IMG/VR virus record: IMGVR_UViG_3300037482_000259
Coordinates: 1-51,337 of that record
Direction: 5' to 3' (one strand)
Source: a virus
Lineage: Duplodnaviria; Caudoviricetes
Length of the DNA: 51,337 nt
Shown piece by piece: positions 27,621-36,671 of this stretch. The translations under genes were made by a program, and so were the position numbers. Numbering within the stretch: position 1 is the first letter of the stretch; every line of letters begins with the position of its first letter. The notes beneath the pieces are model-generated. The model was not told the origin of the DNA and ran no database searches. It worked only from the letters and a program-made list of their open reading frames with translations.

Positions 27621-28225
27621 CGTTCCTCCCTTGCCAGGTCTGCCAGCCGACCCACTTGGTGAAAGAGATCATGGCATCGCCGGCACAGAACAATTACGTC
27701 GCTGAATCGTTCCTCACCCCGGTTCTCATAGGTCCGGTGATGCACGTCTACCAAGCCGTTGCCATTGCACACCTGGCAGCGGCTTTTGGCATACTTGAGG
27801 GCATACCGGCGAATATCCTGCCAGTGTTGAGTTTGCAGGTATCGCTTGTAATCCATGGTTCGCAATTCTTGCACCCGACCTGGATTTTCCTGTGCCGGAA
27901 CGAAAATGCGCTCATCATCATGCTCCCATCCGGTTGGCTTGGCTTTCTGGAGCAATTGAAAGCGATCACAGTATTTTCCGGCATCCGAAATCGTGGGATA
28001 AATGCCGATCACAATCCAAGGCGAAACGTAACGCGGTTCATGCAACCCCAGGAATGTATCAATGTTTTTCGTGATATGCGTTCTCAATGAATCTATGTTG
28101 AATAGACCCTTCTGTTCACCCATCGAACACCATTCGACCACCCATGGTCCTACCGCACGTGCCCCATCCTGAGACTCGTAATCTTCCTCAATCATATCGT
28201 TTCCCCTCATCAATCCGTTCATCAA
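27617..28225 (-). CDS. Protein with a C-terminal HNH endonuclease domain
   Basis: 'W..IR..AL....RCQVC...VDVHHRTY......LCRRCH..FH'. Confidence 0.8.
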   Translation of the reverse strand: MMNGLMRGNDMIEEDYESQDGARAVGPWVVEWCSMGEQKGLFNIDSLRTHITKNIDTFLGLHEPRYVSPWIVIGIYPTISDAGKYCDRFQLLQKAKPTGWEHDDERIFVPAQENPGRVQELRTMDYKRYLQTQHWQDIRRYALKYAKSRCQVCNGNGLVDVHHRTYENRGEERFSDVIVLCRRCHDLFHQVGRLADLAREER

Positions 28226-29129
28226 TCTCTTGCTCGTCGATCACCGCACTCCTGAACCGCATCCGCTGCCCATCGAAAAGTAGGGCCACATCGGCCGGCG
28301 GTGCGTTGCGGTTCTTGACAATGTAGACCTTTACCACATCGGCATCGTCCGGCCCGGCATCTCCATCCTCAAACATGCTTTCCCGCACCAAGAGGATGAT
28401 GCGATCCGGTTCCCGCTCGCCACCTTGCATAAGGTCGCTCATCATCGGCCGTTTCTTGATCCGGCTTTCGATATCCCGGTTCATCTGAGCTATGCCCAGG
28501 ACCGTCGTGTCAAAGTGCTTGGCGATTGCCTTCAGGCCCCGGCTCACTTTCGCTATGCGTAGGCTCTCCGACTTGTCCATCTCGCCGGACAGTTCCAGGT
28601 AGTCAAACAGGACCATGCGGATCGGCCGGTCGCTTGCATAGATGGCAAGTTGTTCCACCATGTGTTCCAGCGTCGGGGCACTAGACTGATCCACCACAAA
28701 GGGCCATTGCACCATGCTGCCCAGACAGGCACGCACCCTGGCGATCTCTTCCTTTGTCGCTTTGCCGGACTGCAATGCCCATAGACCGACCCCCTCTAGC
28801 CCGCAGGCCGTGCGCAAGGCCAGTGTGCGGCTATCCATCTCGGCACTGAAGACGGCAATCAGGCCATTGTCCCCGGCGGCTATCATCTGGCGGGCCACAT
28901 TCTCGACCAGTTGCATCCCCAGCGCCGTCTTGCCGGTACCGCTCCTGGCCCCGATCACCACGAACTCACGCGGTACAAAGCGCACGTACTTGTCCAGGCT
29001 GGAAAGCCCCAGCCGCCAGCCCGGCACCTTGCCGGATTCCAGTTCGTCCAGGTAGTCCTGGGCCTCCAGAATGCCATGCGCCCACGGCACCAGCGTTTCC
29101 CGGAAGAACTCATCCAGATCAACGGTCAC
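28188..29129 (-). CDS. DnaB-like SF4 helicase (ATPase domain only), 313 aa
   Basis: 'GARSGTGKT', 'FSAEM', 'FDYL', 'LKAIAK', 'QMNR', 'KNRN'. Confidence 0.9.
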   Translation of the reverse strand: MTVDLDEFFRETLVPWAHGILEAQDYLDELESGKVPGWRLGLSSLDKYVRFVPREFVVIGARSGTGKTALGMQLVENVARQMIAAGDNGLIAVFSAEMDSRTLALRTACGLEGVGLWALQSGKATKEEIARVRACLGSMVQWPFVVDQSSAPTLEHMVEQLAIYASDRPIRMVLFDYLELSGEMDKSESLRIAKVSRGLKAIAKHFDTTVLGIAQMNRDIESRIKKRPMMSDLMQGGEREPDRIILLVRESMFEDGDAGPDDADVVKVYIVKNRNAPPADVALLFDGQRMRFRSAVIDEQEIDERIDEGKRYD

Positions 29130-30124
29130 ATATCACCTCCCACCGGACGGACCACCGACCGTTTTTTCTTGGCGACAATTGCCCCCTGTTCGCTCAGAAA
29201 AGCCAGGAATTGCCCCACGCTGCCCCCGTCTCGACCGCGCCAATCTGCTTTCCACCTGTCGCTTACTGTCCTCACGGAGACGGACGTGTAGCCCATCTTG
29301 TGGGTGGTGATAGCGGCCTGGTGTAGTTCGGCGTGCAACCTGTCATCGTCCCCCGCTTCCCAAAGTAGACGTTTGCCCGTGATGTCGGCAATGGCCTCTG
29401 CCAAAGGCGTGCGCTCACAGGCCGGCAGTTGTGCGTTCCACTCCGCCGTTTCCATCTGCCTGTTGTAGATAGGCTTGCCATCCTGCCGGCGGTTAAAGTT
29501 GTTCTTTGCCGCATTGAGGCATGGGTCATCGCAAGAGGTTGAAGGGGGGGGCATGTCCTCTTCCCCTCTTTCCTTATCTTTATATCTTTTGTTGTTACCC
29601 TGGGGGGTAACAGATCTGTTACCCTGTGACGTAACAGATCTGTTACCCTGTGGGGGACTAGTTTTGTCACCAGGCTCATCCAAACTGTTACGCTGTGGGG
29701 TAACAGTTTGGCGCATGGAATCGGAATCCCAGGTCTCGTGGTATTTGTTGAACCCGTAGGTCTTGGCCCGGTTGGGGCCGTTGTCCCGACTGTAGATGAT
29801 GTTGCGCTCCTCCAGTTTTTGTAATGCCACCATGGCATGGTGCCGTTTCACGCCCATGGCTTCGGCAAACTGGCTGTAGCTGATCGTGTCTTCCTTCTTC
29901 TGCCATCCATAGGTCTGCCGGAACAGAAACATGAGGGCCGACCATTCCATTCCGGTAAGACGGGTTGCGGTCAGGGCGGTCAGGATATCATTGTGAATCT
30001 TTGCCCAGTTCCCCTCCTCGATTTGGATGTCAGCCCCTGTTGTCACTGTGCCCGCCTTGTACTTCGTCGACTGTCGGACCAACTGTGGTCCCGGATACCG
30101 CTCCGCTGTCGCCGCAATCATCAT
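29126..30124 (-). CDS. Lambda O-like replication initiator, 332 aa
   Basis: 'KIHNDIL.AL...LFRQTYGWQKKED.IS.SQF....G....YGFNK'; contains internal iterons. Confidence 0.9.
   Translation of the reverse strand: MMIAATAERYPGPQLVRQSTKYKAGTVTTGADIQIEEGNWAKIHNDILTALTATRLTGMEWSALMFLFRQTYGWQKKEDTISYSQFAEAMGVKRHHAMVALQKLEERNIIYSRDNGPNRAKTYGFNKYHETWDSDSMRQTVTPQRNSLDEPGDKTSPPQGNRSVTSQGNRSVTPQGNNKRYKDKERGEEDMPPPSTSCDDPCLNAAKNNFNRRQDGKPIYNRQMETAEWNAQLPACERTPLAEAIADITGKRLLWEAGDDDRLHAELHQAAITTHKMGYTSVSVRTVSDRWKADWRGRDGGSVGQFLAFLSEQGAIVAKKKRSVVRPVGGDM
29593..29706. repeat. Replication origin iterons (TGTTAC-N8-GTAACA, 24-bp period)
   Basis: Copies at 29593, 29617, 29641 (degenerate) and 29686 inside the O-like gene, next to an AT/pyrimidine-rich tract at about 29565-29592. 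Confidence 0.85.
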
Positions 30125-30130
30125 GCCCTC

Positions 30131-31015
30131 CTAGTGCAGTTCTCTTGGGCACTGTTTGCCCGCTCGCAGACCGCTGTAAAGCGTCTTCACTGCCTCTGTT
30201 TCGCCCAGGCCGATATGGCGGGCTTCCTGCTGCAAGTGGCTGGCCACCTGTGTTTCGTCAAGTAGGCCACCGGCCACCAGTTGGCCCAGGCTGAACGCAC
30301 TGCGGTTCAGTTGGTTGTTGCGGTTGCCCGCCGGCGTATGGGCCAGTTGGTGCAGCTCTTGTTCAAAGGCCGCCTGCGCGTAGGCATTGCCCGCCTCCGC
30401 TCTGGTCCGGGATCGGAACTGCCGTTGGTCTTCCTGAACCGCTTTCTTTTGCTGCAATAGCATCTGTTTGGCATAGGCACGCAGGACGTCCAGGGGGAGC
30501 ACATGGTCAACGTAGACCAGCCCATCCGGGCGCTGTTGCAGGGTGGCATTGCCATAGAAAAATCGGGCCGGATCGACACAGGACACATCAGCCCCCTCGA
30601 AAAAGTTGTAGACGGTTTCTATGGCGGTGCGGTAACCGGTGGCTGACTTGATGGGCCGGTCCAGGAGGAAGATTACCCGGCACTTGGGGGCCTGGTCGGT
30701 GTGGCTAGGCGTTTCGTGGATGATGGTCCCATATAGCCGAAAAAAATGGTTGCGCTGCACGGTCGGGATAGCACTACGTTGGTCCTGGGTGTCGAGGTCC
30801 ACGGCGATGTGTTGGGCACAGATGAACGTATCTTGCTTGCGCCGGCCGCCGAACCAGGGGGCATAGGCACGCCCATTGTAGATGGCGTCCAGGATGTCAA
30901 CCGGCTCTAGTTCCTGGTTGACGAAAGAATCGTTGAAGGCTGCCCAGCGGGGATCACCAGCCGGGATCTTGCCCGTTAGGGCCATTTTGTTGATTGCGAT
31001 CCGGTAACTGTCCAA
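30131..31015 (-). CDS. AEP-superfamily primase with a PriCT-like helical C-terminus, 294 aa
   Basis: 'IAVDLD', 'TPSH....KCRVIF.L', 'D.SC.DPARFFY', 'GNRNNQLNRSAF'; TTG start with GAGGAGG RBS. Confidence 0.8.
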   Translation of the reverse strand: MDSYRIAINKMALTGKIPAGDPRWAAFNDSFVNQELEPVDILDAIYNGRAYAPWFGGRRKQDTFICAQHIAVDLDTQDQRSAIPTVQRNHFFRLYGTIIHETPSHTDQAPKCRVIFLLDRPIKSATGYRTAIETVYNFFEGADVSCVDPARFFYGNATLQQRPDGLVYVDHVLPLDVLRAYAKQMLLQQKKAVQEDQRQFRSRTRAEAGNAYAQAAFEQELHQLAHTPAGNRNNQLNRSAFSLGQLVAGGLLDETQVASHLQQEARHIGLGETEAVKTLYSGLRAGKQCPRELH

Positions 31016-31159
31016 AGGGAATCCTCCTCTCCAGTCGTTTCAGCCGCCATGTCCAAAGCCACACCTGCAAGCGGTTGTGCCATGTGGGGGACTGGATAGC
31101 CAGGCTGTTGAGACGGTCATGGCACAAATCGATGGTTCTGGACAAACTCAGCATGTTAC

Positions 31160-31190
31160 TTGACACAAAGCCCGGTTTTCATGGTATACT
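31160..31190 (+). promoter_or_regulatory. Promoter for the Arc-like gene (TTGACA ... TGgTATACT)
   Basis: Extended -10; the -35 spacing of 19 is long. Confidence 0.6.
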
Positions 31191-31215
31191 GATATTGAAT
31201 CAATGCCATGGCATA

Positions 31216-31244
31216 AGTATAGCATCAATCTGGTATGATGTCAA
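31216..31244 (-). promoter_or_regulatory. Replication-operon promoter TTGACA-17-TATACT (extended TG)
   Basis: Near-perfect consensus. Confidence 0.8.
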
Positions 31245-31260
31245 CAGGAAAGGCGACCAA

Positions 31261-31464
31261 ATGACTCAAGAGAAAATCTACTCATTCCGAATCCCGACGG
31301 ACCTGCACGCCAAGTTGGTAGAGGTTGCCAAACAGGAAAGGCGTAGCCTGAATTCGTTGATGATCGTCCTGCTTGAAGAGAAGATAGACGAGATGGAACA
31401 GCAAGAATCCGACCCTGCCGACGCCGAGGCCGCCGCCGCCGCCGTGCGCATGGTGGAGGCGTGA
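31261..31464 (+). CDS. Arc-family ribbon-helix-helix regulator, 67 aa
   Basis: 'YSFRIPTDLHAKLVEVAKQERRSLNSLMIVLLEE'. Confidence 0.88.
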   Translation: MTQEKIYSFRIPTDLHAKLVEVAKQERRSLNSLMIVLLEEKIDEMEQQESDPADAEAAAAAVRMVEA

Positions 31465-31760
31465 GCATGGACGAACAGTCTTGGAATTACCAACTTGACG
31501 GCACACCTGCACAATGGTTGGCCCTGGCCCTGGCGAACATGGCGCCCAACATTCAGTGGCAGGTGACGGCCAGCGACAAGGGCATCCTGTATCTGGACGT
31601 GCGGGCCGAAATCCGTGTGAACGGATCGCTCTGGCATTACTGGCACACGGCTTATTTGCCCGGCCTCATGTCCTTTCGGGAGAAGGAAGTGCGTCGTATC
31701 GTGAATGAATGCGCTCACTGTCTGGCCCTCTTTGCCATGGGCGTAAAGGAGCCGGCGTGA
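31461..31760 (+). CDS. Hypothetical protein, 99 aa
   Basis: GTGA coupling to the Arc-like gene; GGAGG RBS. Confidence 0.65.
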   Translation: MSMDEQSWNYQLDGTPAQWLALALANMAPNIQWQVTASDKGILYLDVRAEIRVNGSLWHYWHTAYLPGLMSFREKEVRRIVNECAHCLALFAMGVKEPA

Positions 31761-31778
31761 CATGCACGTGCCCGTCGC

Positions 31779-32042
31779 CTACCCGCCATTTGGCCGGCAT
31801 CGCAACCACAACTGCTTGGTATCCACTTCCACAGCGCCTAGCTTTAGCGCCGCCGACCGCCTGCTTGGCACCAGATCGTAGTGTGGCAGGCTAGGCCGGT
31901 TTTGGAACCAGGCCCGTTTAAGGCCGATATGCCCGGCGAACTGGTGCAGTTCCTCGATATCCCCATCCGTCGCCATGTGGCACCATAGGCTATGCCCGGC
32001 CACAGAGCTATACGTCCGTATCTGATCCACGTAGATGGTCAT
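31779..32042 (-). CDS. DUF4031-like protein
   Basis: 'IYVD...WCHM..D..EELHQFA..IGLKRAWFQ....HYDL...R..AL.LGA'. Confidence 0.88.
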   Translation of the reverse strand: MTIYVDQIRTYSSVAGHSLWCHMATDGDIEELHQFAGHIGLKRAWFQNRPSLPHYDLVPSRRSAALKLGAVEVDTKQLWLRCRPNGG

Positions 32043-32317
32043 TCGTCCTCCCGGCCCGGCGGCTGCAGGTAGCCACGCCGCAACAGCTCCCGGTAGGCGG
32101 CCACCATGCTGTTCACGCCCAGGCGCCGGTAGAGGCCATCCACCTGAGCGCCGCCGCCCAACATGCTTTTGACGGTCTCCCGTGAAATGCCCAGGTGGTA
32201 GGCGATTTCCTTTTGGCGTAATCCCATGGATGCCAGCTCGACAATCTGCACCTGCCGGGCCGTTGGGTTTAATTGTCGGGCCATCCTGTCCACCTCCGCA
32301 GGCTCCGCGTAGTACAT
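32039..32317 (-). CDS. LuxR-type HTH regulator
   Basis: 'TARQVQIVELASMGLRQKEIAYHLGISRETVKS'. Confidence 0.85.
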   Translation of the reverse strand: MYYAEPAEVDRMARQLNPTARQVQIVELASMGLRQKEIAYHLGISRETVKSMLGGGAQVDGLYRRLGVNSMVAAYRELLRRGYLQPPGREDE

Positions 32318-32333
32318 TCAGTCCTCCATTTCC

Positions 32334-32711
32334 TTACCGTATCACGCTCACCACGCACTCTCTACCGCCGATGCGCTCCTCGTAACGCCGGAGCACGGGC
32401 AGGCCGGCGTGCTCCTCCCAGCCGGTGTCGAGCCGGCCCAACATGCCGCCCGTTGGTTGGTGTACCGGTTTTTGTCTAACCATAGGTTCCCTGGTAACCG
32501 CCTCCATAACCTGTTTCCAGTTGCCCGCAGTGTTGATAGCTGTTTTACCCGGCATGTTTTTCGGCTTGATGGCCAGGTAGGTATTCAGCTTCCAGTCGGT
32601 GCCACGCATGAGCCGGATAATGGCGCGCAAATTGTCCGGGGATATGGGGCAACGGCGAAGGTGTGAAAAGTTGTGGATGGTAGCGCCGCAGTGGGGGCAG
32701 GTGTTGGTCAT
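32334..32711 (-). CDS. Hypothetical protein with an N-terminal C2HC zinc motif
   Basis: 'CPHCG....H.RRCP'. Confidence 0.6.
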   Translation of the reverse strand: MTNTCPHCGATIHNFSHLRRCPISPDNLRAIIRLMRGTDWKLNTYLAIKPKNMPGKTAINTAGNWKQVMEAVTREPMVRQKPVHQPTGGMLGRLDTGWEEHAGLPVLRRYEERIGGRECVVSVIR

Positions 32712-32962
32712 CAGTCCGCCCCCTCTATGGTCACGTAGCCCATCTGCCACATGAGCACGAGCGCATGGTATTTGTTCCTGGCCCCGATGCGCTCGCACAA
32801 CAGGTGCAGGTGCGTGTCTACGGTGCGATAGTGGATGCCCAGGGCGGCGGCGATCTGAGCGTTTTCGATATGGCCGTCACAGATGGCCTGCATTACCTCG
32901 ATTTGGCGGGGCGTGGGCTCATCCGGCGCCGTCGGTAGTCGATAGTGGTGGTAGCCTGTCAT
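32711..32962 (-). CDS. LuxR-type HTH regulator
   Basis: 'TPRQIEVMQAICDG..NAQIAAALGI.YRTVDTHL..L..RIGARN'. Confidence 0.85.
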   Translation of the reverse strand: MTGYHHYRLPTAPDEPTPRQIEVMQAICDGHIENAQIAAALGIHYRTVDTHLHLLCERIGARNKYHALVLMWQMGYVTIEGAD

Positions 32963-33165
32963 CAGTCCCACACCCGCATTCCCACGCCCGCTGCATAGTG
33001 GTCGGGATAGTGCTCCCGCACCCACGCTTCGGCTTCGGCGTCGGAGTCGAAATATTCGTCCCGATAGTGGAACTGGCGTCCGTTCCGGGTGAAGAATTTG
33101 TATCTGGCCCGGAAGTCGCTGCCTATCAGGATTCCCCTGGGTTCGTCATATCCGTATCGGGTCAT
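32962..33165 (-). CDS. Hypothetical protein, 67 aa
   Basis: Coupled ORF. Confidence 0.55.
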   Translation of the reverse strand: MTRYGYDEPRGILIGSDFRARYKFFTRNGRQFHYRDEYFDSDAEAEAWVREHYPDHYAAGVGMRVWD

Positions 33166-33166
33166 G

Positions 33167-33283
33167 TCAGCGCTCCCGTATGTGGTGGGCGACGATTTGG
33201 CACAGGCCCACGACCTGGCACAGCAGGATGAACAGGCAGGGCAGGCCGAACACGAACAGGGTGAGCAGGGCGATGTCAGTCAT
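33167..33283 (-). CDS. 38-aa hydrophobic peptide, not in the ORF track
   Basis: MTDIALLTLFVFGLPCLFILLCQVVGLCQIVAHHIRER; AAGGA RBS; fills the gap exactly. Confidence 0.5.
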   Translation of the reverse strand: MTDIALLTLFVFGLPCLFILLCQVVGLCQIVAHHIRER

Positions 33284-33500
33284 GATTTCCTTCCTTTCGC
33301 CTCCAACCGATGTAGAGTTCCAAGCCATACACATCGCCAATGCGTTCCAGCGTTTCCAGGCGAGGGTCCCTTATGCTCCGTTCTAGGTCTGAAAGGTATG
33401 AGATAGATAGGCCGCATTGCTGGCTCAATTGTTTGAGTGTCAGGCCGGCAGCCTGGCGTTGCTTGCGTAGGGCTGTGGCGAGTTCCTGGCGGTGGGTCAT
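33276..33500 (-). CDS. XRE-family HTH protein, 74 aa
   Basis: 'LRKQRQAAGLTLKQLSQQCGLSISYLSDLER...P.LETL'. Confidence 0.9.
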   Translation of the reverse strand: MTHRQELATALRKQRQAAGLTLKQLSQQCGLSISYLSDLERSIRDPRLETLERIGDVYGLELYIGWRRKEGNHD

Positions 33501-34012
33501 GGTTGTGGGTCCCAGGTCAGGTGTTCAGTAGTTGTAAAAGCAACTGCAGGACCGCCAACGATGATGCCTGTGTTTGCCTGTGGTTCCGGCAGCAACGCCG
33601 CCAGTTCCCGTTCGGCAGCCTGGGCACGCAAAAGCCACTGGTGCCGGTCTTCGACCATGTCGGATAGCCATTCCGCCTCACTCCGGAGTTTCTCCAGTTC
33701 CGCCTCCGCCTTCTCCGCCCGTTTCCGCCACGCCTCCGCTATCTGGCGCTGCTGGGCCACGTCGTTGGCGACCGTCTCGGCGCTCAGTCCGGCGGGCTGC
33801 ACGGACGTACGCAGGGTGGCCAGTTCGGCCTCCAGCTTGCGGTACAGCTCTACGATGTCGGTCTGAGCCACTAGCAGGCAATCAATCATGCCGGTCAGGT
33901 AGTCTCCTGGTACCTGCTGTCCCTGGCGGCTGGCCAGGTATAGGCCGGCTACTCGCCCCTGTGCGGCCAGCAGGTCGTCTATCGTTTGGTACAGGTCTTC
34001 GTCAGTTGTCAC
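33497..34012 (-). CDS. Hypothetical coiled-coil protein, 171 aa
   Basis: GGAG RBS and heptad pattern. Confidence 0.6.
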   Translation of the reverse strand: MTTDEDLYQTIDDLLAAQGRVAGLYLASRQGQQVPGDYLTGMIDCLLVAQTDIVELYRKLEAELATLRTSVQPAGLSAETVANDVAQQRQIAEAWRKRAEKAEAELEKLRSEAEWLSDMVEDRHQWLLRAQAAERELAALLPEPQANTGIIVGGPAVAFTTTEHLTWDPQP

Positions 34013-34023
34013 AGTTATCTCTC

Positions 34024-36309
34024 CTAATCTGCTGCCAGGGTGTCAAGGTCAAAGAGTGTCGGTGCATGTACCTGGGCTTCCACCGCCCGCAAGTTCTTGA
34101 CGGCCACCTCGAAGTAGGATGGCTTGAGTTCGATCCCGATCCCCCTTCTGCCCAGCCGCACAGCCTCATAAATTTCGCTCCCGATTCCCATAAAGGGGGA
34201 AAGTACCGTCTCGCCGGGGTTGCTGTAGAGTTTGATGCAGCGCTCGATGGTGCCCAACTGAAGTGGGCAAATATGTTTCTCATCGTCGGCATCTCTGGCG
34301 CTGTGGTATTGCAAGGTGTCAGACTCGGAGATGCCCGTCCATATGCCGCCGGCCCAGTCAATCCAGGTCTCGTTGTCCATCTCCCCGTTGGCGACCGGCG
34401 TGATGGGCACGGCATTCTCGCCCGGCTTGCGAAAGAAGATCACCCGATCCAGGATAGCCGGTCTGCTATCCGCACTATCCTTGCGGAGCTGCGTGAACAG
34501 AAGCGCCTTGGCTTTTGTGCGAATCGCTTGCGCCTGTGGGTTTTTAGCGACCACGGCATAGCCGGTGTAGATCCAGTCCTCGGCTTCATAGGCCCGAATC
34601 ACGTCACCCGGAAAATCTTTCATGCCGATGTAGCCATCCTTGCCCAGCATGGCCGGAATGTCGGCGGTATGCACGCAGGTCACACGACCCGGCCTGGTCA
34701 CCCGCAACAGCTCCCGGATGATGTAGGCATAGTGGACGAAGAACTCGGCATAGTTGCGGGAGTTGCCCAGGTCCATTTCGCTGTTGGAGTAGGTATACAA
34801 GTCGGCAAAGGGAGGACTGTACACCGAAAGGTCTACGCTGTTTTCTGCCAGTTCGCCCAGGCGCTTGCAACTGTCTCCCAGCATGGCCGTCCAACCGTCA
34901 CCGGAGAAGTCCGCTTCCTGGTATTCAATCTTGCCCTCCTGTCCTGCTATCAATTCCTCCACTTCGTACCCCTTCACATGCTGGATCAGTTGTTCTGACA
35001 TATCCTTGGCTACGGCTTCCTTGCTCATAATGGTGTCGTATACCTCGCGTTCCGCCTCTGTCAGCACCACATACACGTTGACCGGCTTGGTCTGCCCGAA
35101 ACGGTAACAGCGCCGAATGGCCTGATACCATTCCTCCCAGGAGTAGCTAAGGCCCACGAACACCTGATTGTGAGCGTTTTGCAGATTGAGACCGTACCCG
35201 CCGATAGATACCTTGGTCACGAGCACCCGATGCTGTCCGTCCTGAAACCCCTCTATCGCCTCTGCCTTGTGTTCTGGTGAATCAGCCCCTACCACCTCCA
35301 CACAATCGGGGATAAGGTCTGCCATCATGGCGCTTTCGTCGTTGAGCCCGGTCCAAACGATCCACTGTTCATCATTGCCATTGACCAGTCCCGCCGCTAA
35401 CTGACATCGATCTTCTATCGTCTCCCGGCGCACCGCCCGCTGCCCGCTCAGACCGGTCAGCCCTGTGAACACGAGCTGGTCATCGGGTACGAAATCGTAG
35501 TCCATCCATACCGGCTGCACATTTAGGGCCGGCAGGATAAAGCCGTCATCGTCATAGCCCAGATCCGAAGGCCGCCGAATGGACATGGCCCAGGAGGCCA
35601 TCCAGCGATAGAAAGCATCCTCGGCGTGGTGCTTCAGCCGCCACTCCTGGCCGTTAGCATTGCCCAACTTCCGACGCAGCTTGAACCCGCCCACGTCCAA
35701 GATGATCTCCCGGTTGGCATGGACAAAAAACATGGCCAGCATCTCGCTCACCTTGCAGATGCCCAGGAACTCGGCATGGTTGCCGATCTCTGCTCTGTCG
35801 TTGGGCGCTGGTGTAGCCGTGCAACACAGCCGGTAGGGGGTATCGGCAAACATCTCGGTCAACAAGCGCCGAGTCTTACCGTCCAGGGCTTTGAGGATGC
35901 TCGATTCGTCCAGGACTACGGCGCCGAAAGCCGAAGCGTCAAAGTGCTGTACCATCTCATAGTTGGTGATCCAGATGCGATGGTCTGCCGTCACTTGGGC
36001 CTGATTGCGCACATAGCGCACTTCCACGCCGATTTTCTGCCCCTCCCGGATGGTCTGGCGAGCCACGGAAAGAGGAGCGACGATCAGGGTATTTTGGCCT
36101 ATCAGCCTGGCCCATTCGAGCTGGCAGAACGTTTTGCCCAGGCCGGTGTCGGCAAAGATGGCGGCCCGGCCCTTGCGCAGCGCCCAGCGGGTCAGGTCTC
36201 GCTGAAAGGGGAACAGCTTGGGGTGGATATCGCCATCTTCCACCTGGACACCGTGTGTCTCATGCACAATTCGTTTCTGGCTGAGGAATTCCGAGTACTG
36301 TCTGGACAT
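34024..36309 (-). CDS. SNF2-like helicase fused to an N4/N6 DNA methyltransferase, 761 aa
   Basis: 'DTGLGKT', 'LDESS', 'TATPAPN', 'QAIRRCYRFGQ', then 'YSPPF' and 'PFMGIGS'. Confidence 0.92.
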   Translation of the reverse strand: MSRQYSEFLSQKRIVHETHGVQVEDGDIHPKLFPFQRDLTRWALRKGRAAIFADTGLGKTFCQLEWARLIGQNTLIVAPLSVARQTIREGQKIGVEVRYVRNQAQVTADHRIWITNYEMVQHFDASAFGAVVLDESSILKALDGKTRRLLTEMFADTPYRLCCTATPAPNDRAEIGNHAEFLGICKVSEMLAMFFVHANREIILDVGGFKLRRKLGNANGQEWRLKHHAEDAFYRWMASWAMSIRRPSDLGYDDDGFILPALNVQPVWMDYDFVPDDQLVFTGLTGLSGQRAVRRETIEDRCQLAAGLVNGNDEQWIVWTGLNDESAMMADLIPDCVEVVGADSPEHKAEAIEGFQDGQHRVLVTKVSIGGYGLNLQNAHNQVFVGLSYSWEEWYQAIRRCYRFGQTKPVNVYVVLTEAEREVYDTIMSKEAVAKDMSEQLIQHVKGYEVEELIAGQEGKIEYQEADFSGDGWTAMLGDSCKRLGELAENSVDLSVYSPPFADLYTYSNSEMDLGNSRNYAEFFVHYAYIIRELLRVTRPGRVTCVHTADIPAMLGKDGYIGMKDFPGDVIRAYEAEDWIYTGYAVVAKNPQAQAIRTKAKALLFTQLRKDSADSRPAILDRVIFFRKPGENAVPITPVANGEMDNETWIDWAGGIWTGISESDTLQYHSARDADDEKHICPLQLGTIERCIKLYSNPGETVLSPFMGIGSEIYEAVRLGRRGIGIELKPSYFEVAVKNLRAVEAQVHAPTLFDLDTLAAD

Positions 36310-36336
36310 GGTGAATGCTCCGTGCTATACTGGTTG

Positions 36337-36397
36337 TGAAATTGAGTAGTTGCCTTTCACAAGCACCGCTGTTCGTCGCAGCGGTGCTTGTGTTTTT
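36337..36397 (+). ncRNA. Candidate ~60-nt small RNA
   Basis: Extended -10 TGcTATACT (36323-36331), then a 14-bp stem (36358-36371/36379-36392) and T5. Confidence 0.45.
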
Positions 36398-36671
36398 GCT
36401 CCCCAGGGGTAGGCCCGTCGCCCACCGAGCCTACCCCATCACCAAGAAAGGAGAGATGCACACCGCCCGGCTGCCCGTCCTGTAAGGCGGCGACCAGGAA
36501 GAGCCGGCTTTTCTGAGGGCCAAGGAGAAAGTAGGAAGCCCGCCGCTCTCGCCGTGGCCGGGGGTGTTGTGGTCATGTATCGCAAACTTTAATGCCATAT
36601 GAGAATCGTATTTTGAGACACAAAATGAGACATGAGTTTCGCACGTCTCGGAAAGTACACTTTAGGCGACA

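Noticed and set aside
29593-29706. Mini CRISPR array
   Set aside because: The palindromic repeats are contiguous, have no spacers and lie in frame inside an O-like initiator; they are iterons.
30954-31166. Minus-strand 70-aa ORF before the primase
   Set aside because: It has no clear RBS and overlaps the primase start by 62 bp; it may be real but is unsupported.
36310-36670. tRNA or tmRNA gene in the largest intergenic gap
   Set aside because: No cloverleaf or T-loop GTTCRA in a suitable context was seen; tRNAscan-SE or ARAGORN would settle it.
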